This document shows positions 43,672 through 53,497 of a DNA stretch of 64,000 nt, one piece after another. The notes under the pieces are model-generated. The model worked only from the letters and a program-made list of their open reading frames with translations, was not told where the DNA came from and searched no databases. The stretch's first letter is position 1. Each line of letters opens with the position of its first letter. This DNA is from Rebecca billardiae RCC1528 (taxonomy: Eukaryota > Protista > Haptophyta), in NCBI GenBank assembly GCA_965240325.2, contig OZ251253.1, positions 620,001 through 684,000 on the forward strand. The letters are read 5' to 3'. A program made the position numbers and the translations under genes.

Positions 43672-45199
43672 CCACCTTCACCTGCCGGTCGGCGCGGCCG
43701 TTGTACTCGATGATGCCGCTCGCGCCGTCGCGGATGCCGAGGTCGCCCGTGCGGTACATGAGGCCGGGCGCGCCGTGCGGGTTGCGGAGGAACTTCTCGG
43801 CGGTGAGCGCGTGGCGGCCGAGGTACCCGTACGCCACCTGCACGCCGCCGATGCAGATCTCGCCCTTCTCGCCGTCCGGCACCAGCGCTGTCGGGTCGGA
43901 CGGGTCGGTGATGTAGATGTGCACGCCCGGCATCGCGCCGCCGATCGCAAAGCCGTGCGCGGCCGCCGGCGCGCCGTCCGCGCTCGGCTCGGGGTCCTTG
44001 GCGTCGAAGCAGGTGACGACGATGCTCGCCTCCGTCGGGCCGTACATGTTGAGCAGCTGCACGCGCGAGCCGATCGCGCCGCTCAGCTTGGCGCGGTGCG
44101 TGCTGAGCAGCGCCTCACCGATCGTGATCACCTGCCGCAGCGCCGGGCACGCGCCCGGCCGCACCGAGTCGAGGAAGAGCGCGAGGAGCGAGGGGACGAA
44201 GTGGCAGCTGGTGACGCCGCCGCGCTCCATCGTCTCGGCGGTCTCGTCGAAGTCGAGCTGCGCGCCGTCGCGCAGCACCACCGAGCGCGCGCCCAGCAGC
44301 AGCGGCTGCCACATCTCGTGGATCGAGACGTCAAACGTGCACGTCGTCTTGAGGAGGAACACGTCGTCGCGCGTGGCCGCCTGCTGCTCGATGGCCCAGA
44401 GGAGCTCGTTGTGCACGCCCGCGGAGGGGACGATGCAGCCCTTGGGCTTGCCCGTCGAGCCCGACGTGAACATCACGTACATCGCCTCCGGCGCGCGCCA
44501 CGGCAGCGGCGGCGGCGGCGGCGGCGGCGCGCCGCCGCCGACGCCGCCGACGTCGCGCGAGCCAACCTTCGGGATCTTCGCGGCCTTGAAGAGCGCGGCG
44601 CGCGCGGCGGAGCGGTGCTGCTCGAAGGCGAGCGCGTCGGCGCGCGGCGCGCCGACGCGCACGACCTCCGCCGTCTCGCTCAGCTCGACGAGCACCACCT
44701 CGTCCGTGTCGAACTCGGCCGGCGTCGCGTCCGCGCCGTCGTCGCACACGAGCGCGCACACGCGCGTCTGCTCGAGGATGTCGGCGATGCGCGGCTCGGG
44801 CCAGCTTGGGTCGATGGGGACGAAGGTCATCCCCGCCTTGAACGCGGCGAGCTCCGAGATCGGCAGCGCCGCCGTCCGCCGCAGGAGCAGGCCGACGGTG
44901 CACGGCTCGTCGTCGGCCGCGTCCGCGCCAAACGCCTGCACGCACGCCGCGCGCAGCACGGCGGCGATCTCGGCGGCGCGCTCGTGCGCGGTCTTGTACG
45001 TGAGCGTGCGCTCGGTGTGCTCGTCCGGGTACCACGCGAACGCCACGCCGTCGGGGTGCACGCCCGGGCCCGGCGCGGCGCTCATGCCGATCGCGTCGCC
45101 AAAACGGTCCGCCGCCGCGCGCTTCCACTCGGCCGGCACGGCGTGGGGCGACCACTCGTTGTCAACGCGGTCATTCGCGGTCGAGGTCGGCGCCGGCAT
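40096..45199 (-). CDS. Mono-modular NRPS-like enzyme A - N-methyltransferase - PCP - thioesterase (about 1515 aa); exons 45199-42064, 41882-41751, 41549-41286, 41111-40096
   Basis: A cores YVMFTSGSTGKPKG, FDVS, NMYGPTE, GEICIGG.QVAYGY, YRTGDLG, GRADRQVKVGGVRIELGEVE, PLNNAGKVD. MT: W..VYNEMY..WASYYDSFTG..EW..VIEMGCGKGMILF..NGVSMYFPS..FGDVRS..RYRYNVLLH. PCP: FADAGGNSF. TE: LFPMAGGS, PPGRDER, VGDSWGA, LRADL, GADD, GASHH. Exons total 4548 nt. Confidence 0.92.
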
Positions 45200-47465
45200 C
45201 GCGACGGATGTACGGGGGCGGTCGAGGTGCGAGGAGGCGGGCGGGGGCGACGAGCGGCGAGTCCTTGCTCGGCGCGCGGATGAAGTCGAGGCGGCGATCG
45301 GTTGCCGGAGCCAGGTAGGTCGGTCGAGCGCAGCACGTGGTGAGCTTCGCGCCTCAGCGGCGGACGCTGGGCGAAAAGGGTCGCGCCGAGAAACACATCC
45401 CCCGCGGATGGCGTCACGGGCGATCACGGGCAGATGAGCCTACTCGCCGCTGACGACACTGGGTTCACCTCGCGAACCCACAGAAGGCCAGCGAAGGTGG
45501 CATCTCACATATGAGTGTGCAGATCCGATAGCTGAGAAGCCCGCGGATGGCTCGGCTGACAAACCACCATCTAACATACAGAAGCTTCGGTCCGTCCGCC
45601 GCCGCCTCCTCCGAAAAGCGAAATTGGCCAATCCCCGCCCAGGAAGGCGTTGACGTGGTGAGCCGAAACAAAAATCCGCCAATGAATTCGGGCGCCGGGA
45701 TTTGGGAAGTGTGGAACTGGCGGGAAAAAACAAATTCGCGTCATCAAGAGTTTCGACCCCCGTACGTTTGCCGGTTCAACTGGCGAGATATTGATCTGAC
45801 CTCTTTGGGCTTGTGGTGATGAAATCGAGATCGGAGATAGCGACCAGAGACTGAATCTGGAGATCATGACTCATGAACAAGTTTCATGAAGTAGCACCGG
45901 TACGTCGTACGCACGGCTGGGCTGCTACCCACCGCATGGAGAACCCATAAGTCGTCCGCGTTGCTGCCCCACCGTACAGGGGGGTCCAGATGGTGGCGGG
46001 TACTTCGATGGTGGCTGGCCAGGTAGTGCGGCACGTCCGTGCCTCTGGACGGGCATTGAGCCGTGGCGAGGTCGCCAAATCGCGCGGCGTGGTCCCAGAG
46101 AAGGCTGCTGCTATCACTGACCAGCTTGCTAGCCATGCCGGTCGTTGATCACCCCGCCGTTGACAGGCGCGCACACGCCACGCGTAATCGCATGGCAGCC
46201 GTGTCGGACGGCGGTCGCACGACTACCGCGTAGCCAACATTGATCGTCAGACTCACGACTTGTGGGGTCAGGCAGAACATTGATAGGTCTGCACCCTCGC
46301 CTGGCATGCCCCAGAGGTCAACACAGCCATCAGAAGGGTGATCCTGCCCACTACTTGCCCATCCTTCCCATGCGCAGTCTCGCGCGCGCCGGTCACACGA
46401 TGACGTGGACGTGGACGTGAGAGTGGTCGAAAAGTCGGAAGGGAAGCTGTCACTCACGCACGCGCGCTCGTACGGCGACGCCGACCGGCGAGTGCAACGC
46501 CCCCCTGTCCCGGACGTTGCACTCGCGCCTTGGATCGCGGTGGGACGGCCATTCACGCCCGCCATGGCTTCCCTTCAAAACTCCCCAACTTCATCTGGAC
46601 CCCCCTGTAACCAAATTTGCATGCACTTGTCCGGCCGGTCCGGGGCAATCAAGGTCCGCGGCCGCGGATGCGCGCGCACCCGAACGCCGCGAGCAGTGCA
46701 AGACCCGCCACGGCGCGCCAACGACGACCAGCAGCCCGACTGGCGTCGGCAGCTCGCACATGCACTGAGCCCTTCCGGCTCCGCCGTGCGTCGGCGGCGT
46801 GCGCGCTGCACGCGGACGCGACCACCCTTGCGGACGTGGAGTCGGGTTGTGGGCTGCAGCACTCCGAGCACGGCGACGCGCCCTGCCGGAACGGAGGCAG
46901 GCGAAGCGGGGCAGCTGCGGCAAGGGTGGTGCGCCACGTGGCCACGGCCGTCATGAATGTCGTGCGTGGGTCACGCGTAGCTGCACCGAGTGCTGAGCGC
47001 ACTCCACAAGGCGCGCGCGTCACAGCGCGAGCGTCACTGTTAGCGAGCGCGCACTCCACCAGCACCGGCCCAGCAGTACGCAGCGGCCAAGCTACCGTCG
47101 CCCTCCGCGCGCGATGCCATTGCGTGCGCCGCGGCCCGCGCCCGCCTCTCACTGCGCGTTGGGCTAGTGGCTCCGAGAAGCGGACTGGAGTCGGAAGGGT
47201 TGCTCCGCTGCGCATAGAATATAGATTGCGCCGTCTGATCGCGGGCACGGCGCGCAAGCTTTGTATCGATACCGTACCACTACGACGGCCTGAGCCACGG
47301 TGTGTTCTCGCAGCCTGCCTAAGCTGTGTGCGTCTCTTATTCTAAATTCTTAGTAAACCATCGTAGTAGTCAAACGTGCGTGCGCCTCATCAGTAACGCC
47401 TAAATACGTCTGTACGGTGGAGTATGCTGACAGTATGCCTGCGCGGTGCCGTCATCGTCAGTCTG

Positions 47466-48593
47466 CAAGGGCGTTCCCGGGATCCTGCCACACGCTCCGC
47501 GAGGGGTTTTGCCCCCCTGGGGGGGAAAACCCCTCCGGACTGGCGCTGCGCCAGTGGCGGCCGCCGACCCGGACTGCGGCGCACCAGCGCTTGGCGCGCG
47601 CGCGGCGCGGCGCGCTGCGGCCGTCGAGTTGCCGTGCGAAGGCGGCGCGGCGCTTGCGTGGCATCGGAACACGGCCGTGCTCCGCACTGCGCCTCGCAGC
47701 TCGCTCCTCGTCGACTTAACCGCGCCTACGATCAGCGCGCATGCGAGCGTCGCCTCAGAATGAGCAGCCCGCGCCGGCCTCCTCCGTGAGCGCCCGCCTG
47801 GCGCGCGATGCGATCAACTCGGGGCACGAGCTGCGGCTGCGCGAACAAGCATGTGCCTGCGCGCAAGCCGCGCCGCCTTGAGACACCGATCGTGAGCGTT
47901 GATGCAGCTTCAGACGGCTGTCGACGAATGCCGATCAGCCTGCACGAGCCTTGCATGCAGTGGAGATGAAACAACAGATCGTGAGCGCCCTGAAGCGATG
48001 AATAGGAGTCTTCGGGTTGCGTGTGCGCGCAGCGACTCGTGTACATCTGTATGCATCGCCTGCGCGTGGCTGCCGTCATGCCATGCTTGAGTAGTTGCTC
48101 TGATGAGGAGTCCTGTCAAGGGCACCGCGACATTCGCAAGGGCAAGAAGAATAGTTGCGTGCAAGGTGCATGCCCTGCTCACGATCGGTGTCTCAAGGCG
48201 GCGCGGCTTGCGCGCAGGCACATGCTTGTTCGCGCAGCCGCAGCTCGTGCCCCGAGTTGATCGCATCGCGCGCCAGGCGGGCGCTCACGGCTGAGGCCGG
48301 CGCGGGCTGCTCATTCCGAGGCGACGCTCGCATGCGCGCTGATCGTAGGCGCGGCTAAGTCGACGAGGAGCGAGCTGCGAGGCGCAGTGCGGAGCACGGC
48401 CGTGTTCCGATGCCACGCAAGCGCCGCGCCGCCTTCACACGGCAACTCGACGGCCGCAGCGCGCCGCGCCGCGCGCGCGCCAAGCGCCCATCGACGCCAG
48501 CGCGCCTTCGCGCCAAGCGCGTTTTCATTTTCCGCGCTTTGTTTTCGCGCGTGAGTTTTAATTGGCGCATGACCCGCGCGGGGAACGCCCCTG
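47466..48593. mobile_element. Non-autonomous hAT-like/foldback element with 13-bp TIRs and an internal about 311-bp near-perfect inverted repeat
   Basis: Termini CAAGGGCGTTCCC / GGGAACGCCCCTG (1 mismatch); arms 47587-47897 and 48177-48487 are reverse complements; hairpin GAGGGGTTTTGCCCCC..GGGGGGAAAACCCCTC at 47501-47536. Confidence 0.75.
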
Positions 48594-48643
48594 GTGTCGT
48601 CACTCAGTCTGAGTCAGTCCGTGCCAGACTGCCCCGCGCCGCT

Positions 48644-50407
48644 TCAGCTGCTCCCAGCCGGGCCTGTGTCTGGCAGGCGGCCGAGCACAAATGGCAGCTC
48701 GATGTGATGAGGACGGCGAGCGTACCGCCGTGAGCAGTTGCACCCCACAAGCAAGCCTGCTTTCAGAAAAGCTGCGCCAGGCCCTGCTGCCTCGTCCGCA
48801 GCAGGGCTCTGCTCGTTGTGTGTAGCTGTGCGCTCGGCAGCCACACCTTCATGTAGGGAACCTTCCATGTGAGGAGAGGCTGCCATGGTGGCAGCCGCCA
48901 GAGACGCACTTGGTTGTGGCGCCAGGAGCGTCGCCCATAGCCGCTCGACGAAATGGCTCTCTTCGATGTTGTCGCCACGCTCGAGCCGCCTGGTGAGCTC
49001 TGCCCACATTCGCCACTCCACGCGCAGCAGCTGCGACCCCCTGGCAGCGAACACTCCTCCATAGCAAACTGGCGTCACCAGTGCTGCAAGCCGCTTGCGC
49101 GTGCGCGACTGCCACCCCAGGCCCGCGCTCTCGGCTGTGGACCATGCCCATGCGCCGAGCGGCCCGACAGGGGCCGCGAATGGAGCCACCTGCTCCGTCT
49201 GGGTGGGACCTTCAGAGCTCCCACTGCCCTGCACATGGAGGGTGCCGTATGGCCAAGCGTCACCTCCATGCTGATGTGCCATCAGCCAGTCAGCAGAGCT
49301 GATGTTGTTGGCAGGCTGCGTGCCGTCTGTGTGGCAGCTGTTATCCCCGCACGGTTCGCGCCGCGTGCGCTGCGTCAGCGCCTTCGGCCGCCGCAGCTGC
49401 TCGTGGTACGGGTTGTACCTGGCGAGGTGGAACCGGTTGAGCACCGAGCTCACGTGCAGGTCAGAGTAGATATCCTGCAGTGGGCAGGCAGACCGCTCTT
49501 GCTCTCCTTGGAGCGTGGAGAAAGTGCCGTGAAGTGTTGGACGAAGCCTGCAGCCAAAGCCCCTATGCGCACCCACGCGCGCCATCTCGCCGAAGCTCAC
49601 GCGTGCTCTGCGCAGCTTCGGGTGCCCGCCCCCTTGTGCAGAGTCCTTGACGAACAGCACGACATCCACGTGCTGGAGGTGCACGTGGTAACGGTCACGG
49701 ATGTGAAGCGCGTACGTGTGGTCGCAGCGGCCGACGTTGGAGAGGTTCCGAACAGTCGCGCCGTCGGGCAGCCCAAGCGGAGCGTGCCCGCACTTGGAGT
49801 ACACAAACACCGAGGGGGGCGGCACGTGCACGCCGCATGCTCTCAGCTCGTCGATCGTGTCGCTCAAAAAGCCCAGCGACATTGAGCAGTGCGCGACGAC
49901 GAGCTCTGCGCGCAAGGGCGCGCCTCGCGCTCCCGCCGGCAGCCGCGCTTCGACGTCCTTCTCGCAGGCAAAGCGCGGCCATCGCATGACGTCGCCCGCG
50001 CCAGACGTGAGCGGGCGCCGCGTGGCCTCAATGCACGCAGCGCAGGTCTGGCAGCGCTTGGTGAATCTTGGCAGATCAGAGGCGCGCACCCTGGTCGATG
50101 CCTTCACGCCGTCGAGCGCCATCTCCACAATCGACCCGCACGTCTTGGCTACGTGGGCCATCCGCGATCGGCACTCGGCATCTGAGGTCGTCCACTTGCG
50201 CCCGTTCTGCGTGGCCCGAAACCAGTGCCCGCCGCCGCGGCCGTGTGCGCCTGGGCAAGGGCCGAGGACGCGGACCCAGCACACGCCTCGCGACGACGAG
50301 GGCACATGGGGCGTCTGCTCGACCGCTACCGCGGTTGTCTCCGTGCGTGGCCGGCCGGGAGCGGCCAGCAGCGACCAGAGCACGAGGGAGCACATGCATG
50401 CAGGCAT
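48644..50407 (-). CDS. DUF3431-like putative glycosyltransferase-related secreted protein, intronless
   Basis: LVVAHCS, VFVYSKCG, LSNVGRCDHTYALHIRDRY, VVLFVKDS, VCYGGVFAA, LERGDNIEESHFVERLWATLL; signal-like N-terminus; less GC-biased than neighbouring genes. Confidence 0.7.
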   Translation of the reverse strand: MPACMCSLVLWSLLAAPGRPRTETTAVAVEQTPHVPSSSRGVCWVRVLGPCPGAHGRGGGHWFRATQNGRKWTTSDAECRSRMAHVAKTCGSIVEMALDGVKASTRVRASDLPRFTKRCQTCAACIEATRRPLTSGAGDVMRWPRFACEKDVEARLPAGARGAPLRAELVVAHCSMSLGFLSDTIDELRACGVHVPPPSVFVYSKCGHAPLGLPDGATVRNLSNVGRCDHTYALHIRDRYHVHLQHVDVVLFVKDSAQGGGHPKLRRARVSFGEMARVGAHRGFGCRLRPTLHGTFSTLQGEQERSACPLQDIYSDLHVSSVLNRFHLARYNPYHEQLRRPKALTQRTRREPCGDNSCHTDGTQPANNISSADWLMAHQHGGDAWPYGTLHVQGSGSSEGPTQTEQVAPFAAPVGPLGAWAWSTAESAGLGWQSRTRKRLAALVTPVCYGGVFAARGSQLLRVEWRMWAELTRRLERGDNIEESHFVERLWATLLAPQPSASLAAATMAASPHMEGSLHEGVAAERTATHNEQSPAADEAAGPGAAFLKAGLLVGCNCSRRYARRPHHIELPFVLGRLPDTGPAGSS

Positions 50408-50530
50408 CGTGCGGCCCTCGCCCGCCACCGCCGCGCAATTTTGCATGCACATTTGACTGATGCTCGGTACAGTTTACTAAGAATAAGAGACGCACACAGC
50501 TCAGGCAGGCGAGATTGACGCCCGCCAACT

Positions 50531-50724
50531 GTCACCGCCCATGAAGCCGTCGCCGATGGTAGCGCCGCCGGAAAAAATCGTTCAGCCGTCCGCCTGCGAG
50601 GCCTGGACGAGGGCTGCGGCCGCCTCGCGGCGCGCCAGCGCCCGTCGTCCTCGCCCCACCGTCGTCCACAAAACGTCGTCGTCCGAACTCGCCGACCGGG
50701 CGCCGATGCAACAGCACGCCGACA
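50531..50724 (+). repeat. Dispersed direct repeat, copy A (copy A' at 52804-53054)
   Basis: GTCACCGCCCATGAAGCCGTCGCCGAT...CAGCCGTCCGCCTGCGAGGCCTGG...GGGCGCCGATGCAACAGC shared by both copies. Confidence 0.9.
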
Positions 50725-52179
50725 GGATGTAGTAGTATGGAACGTGGAGCCCCACTGTCGGTTGGGGAAGGCGTGTATCAAGCGGCATGACTGGGGTAGC
50801 TTATCAACACAGAAGGCCTGGCCCTCAGGTGATATGTGCCCCAGTGTGGCGTGTCGGCCTCAAAGCCGGCGGCAGGGTTCTGTTGCCCGGAGCAGGGTTT
50901 GCTGGCGCATCAGCTGCGTGGGCCGGGGCGTCCGGCTGCTTGCGTTTGCGGGCCGGGGCCGGCACTGATGCCACCCCGCCGCGCATGCTGGCCTGCATGT
51001 ACGGCTGTTGCCCAAGGTCAGCCCCGGCGGGCTTCTCCCGGGCAGGCTGTGTCGGCGCGCCGGGTGCGCGCGAAGCGTCGTTTTGCCGGTGTGGAGCTGC
51101 AGTCATGGCCGCGCCGCGCGTGCGGCGCTGGCACAGCCTGGCAGACTTGCGTAGGGGCGGGGCCTCAGGCACCGCCGGCGTCGGGGCTCTGGGCTGGTCA
51201 GGAGCGGGGGCGCCAGGCCAGAGAGGCTGCTGCAGGGTATCGGAATCCGGGCGGCTCCTTTTGGCCGGCGGGCCACGCCCCACCGCGGGGGGGTCGCCAC
51301 GCGGCGCGACGGGTGGTGCTTGAGCGCCGGCGCTGCTGCTGGCACCTCCCTCAGGGCTACACCCCGGGGGGTGTCCAAGCGGGGGGGCGAGTGTAGTAGC
51401 CTAGGTCTGCACCGCCACTGATGAACTCAAGGGTGAGAACACCGCGGACGCCCACTGGCAAAGCGACTCAGTCACCCCGTGTGACTGAGTCGCCTGCCAC
51501 GGCGGATGACTCGGTTGGGCAGCAGAGCAACGCCAACCGCGACCGACGACAGTTCCGCGACGCGGCCGAACGCGGGGAACTGATGACGCGACTACTGCTA
51601 TGCTATATGTTGCCACCCGCGCGGCTGCGCCGCGGCGGCGGCGCCGCGCCTGCGCGCCGCCCGCCGACGTCGTCCAACTATGGTGACACCATATCATGGC
51701 AGCCGGGTCAGTTGGGTCAGTACGCTCTGTCAGACGAGTATTCTGTCACTGATGCACTACGGGCTGATTTTACACGCTCATATACCCGCACGGACAAGCT
51801 CACAGCCATTGAGGGCGATGCACATGCAGTCAGCGAACGCCCGACAATTCGGTGGCGACGAGCCACCCGCCCGACCCGGTCTGGCTCGACGTCGTCAGCA
51901 CGACGGCGGTCGGCGGAGCCGCGGCCGCGGGCCGCCCGCTTCACAGCTGCTCAAATCACAGCTTCACTTTCAGCCGCCTCGCGGTCCGGTACCGTGGAGT
52001 TACTTAGCGGCCTATTACGGGCCGCGCCGAGTCACGCCCGCGCGACGCCCGCCGAGTCACGGCTCGGGGCCTCGGACTCAGTCACATACTGATGCTAGCG
52101 TAGACATGTACATGCGCATGCCATCGCGCCATCACAACTGTCTAAATCGACCCAGGGCGCACGCGGCCGTTACGCGGCA

Positions 52180-52485
52180 TCATCTCGCCCCTGAGGCGCC
52201 CTTGGCGGCGCTCGACTTTGCGCCGTCGATGGCCGTCGATGGCTCGGGTGAGCGCTGCGGCAGAAGGGAGCCCTTCTCCGCCTCGTCGTCCTCGTCTGTC
52301 TGCAGTCGGCCATGCAGCTCGACGCGCATGACGCGACTGCGCCCAGCGCCCCACGCGCAGAACGCGCAGAGAGTGACCAGCGAGAGCCCTGCCGCCACAG
52401 CGAGCACACTCTTGAGCGCAGCGCCTGCGACGAGCGCGGCCGCAATGCCCCCGAGTAACAGCGCGATCGACAGCGTGCCAGCCAT
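52180..52485 (-). CDS. Possible small two-TM membrane protein or gene fragment
   Basis: MAGTLSIALLLGGIAAALVAGAALKSVLAVAAGLSLVTLCAFCAWG followed by an acidic tail DEDDEAEKGSLLP. Confidence 0.35.
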   Translation of the reverse strand: MAGTLSIALLLGGIAAALVAGAALKSVLAVAAGLSLVTLCAFCAWGAGRSRVMRVELHGRLQTDEDDEAEKGSLLPQRSPEPSTAIDGAKSSAAKGASGAR

Positions 52486-52756
52486 GCGGAGCGTGTCAAG
52501 CGTGCCGATGATGGGCGGGAGACGATGCGAGTGCGGCAAGGGGCGCAGCGACGGCCGGTCCGTCGCGCTAACGCCCTGGGCTTCCGTGCTCGCGTTGTCC
52601 GCCGCCGCCAAGCGCCCGGTGGGCAACGCGTCCCACCGTTCGGAACGCAGGCCTCGCACGGTCCGGGCACCGCGCCGCCGCTTCAGTCTTCATTCATTCA
52701 GAGCTAGCTCAACCCGCAACGGTCAAGATGTACTGCGTCTGCGTACTGGCGATGAA

Positions 52757-53301
52757 GATGGCGCGGCAACCTGCCACCGTGAGCCTTACCACGAGACGCA
52801 CACGTCACCGCCCATGAAGCCGTCGCCGATTGCTGCGCCGCCATCGGCGAATTCGTCAGCCGTCCGCCTGCGAGGCCTGGTGAGGGCTGCGGCCGCCTCG
52901 CGGCGCGCCACGGCCGCGCCCGGTCAGTCTGAGTCTGACTCTCCGCCTCCGGGCGGCGGGCCCCGCACCGGCCGCACCGTCGTCCACATGAGGCACATGA
53001 ACGTCGTCGTCCGCGAACTCGCCGACTGGGCGCCGATGCAACAGCGCGCCGACATGGGATAAACAGTGCTGTGCGATCGGATCAGAAGGATGGCGCGGCA
53101 ACCTGCCACCGTGAGCCTTAAGCACCGGCGTTAAAACAAAAATCTGAAATAAACTGATCAGTAGCTTATTATGACATTACGGTTACATGACGGCAGCTAC
53201 CAGTCAGTTCCAGGTCTCTCTTCGGAGAGCGTGCGATGAAGGATGGCGCGGCAACCGCTGCCACCGTGAGCCTTACGCACGTTAAAACATCAAATAAACT
53301 G
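52757..53301 (+). repeat. Triplicated motif GATGGCGCGGCAACCTGCCACCGTGAGCCTTA (52757, 53089, 53242) around repeat A'
   Basis: Read directly; copies 2 and 3 continue into GTTAAAAC..AAATAAACTG. Confidence 0.88.
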
Positions 53302-53497
53302 TTACTCCTGTGTCCGGTTGAATTATAAATGGTTGAATGTCATATCAGTATTATAATATAATTATTAATAATATATATATATATATATAATGATGATATA
53401 TATTTATAATATATATATATATATCAATAATACTCCTGCTATGATAATAAGGTCGCCTTATTTATAATAATAACGTCGTTCTTATGGACACACAGCG

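Larger units (their letters stand above)
47306..50514. mobile_element. About 3.2-kb segment bounded by about 75-bp imperfect inverted repeats; carries a MITE and a DUF3431-like gene
   Basis: 47306-47384 TCTCG(CAG)CCTGCCTAAGCTGTGTGCGTCTCTTATTC..TTAGTAAAC..AGTCAAACGTGCGTGC matches the reverse complement of 50441-50514; no TSD seen. Confidence 0.5.

Noticed and set aside
45440-47300. Gene or transposase upstream of the NRPS-like gene
   Set aside because: Only short interrupted ORFs with no motif I can recognise; may be a decayed gene but cannot be supported
47320-47360. Tn5/Nextera adapter or spliced-leader sequence (GTCTCTTAT)
   Set aside because: Only a short partial match; embedded in a longer diverged genomic inverted repeat
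48100-48135. Hammerhead ribozyme (CTGATGAG followed by a weak stem)
   Set aside because: The required GAAA is absent (CGCGA instead), and stems I and III were not found
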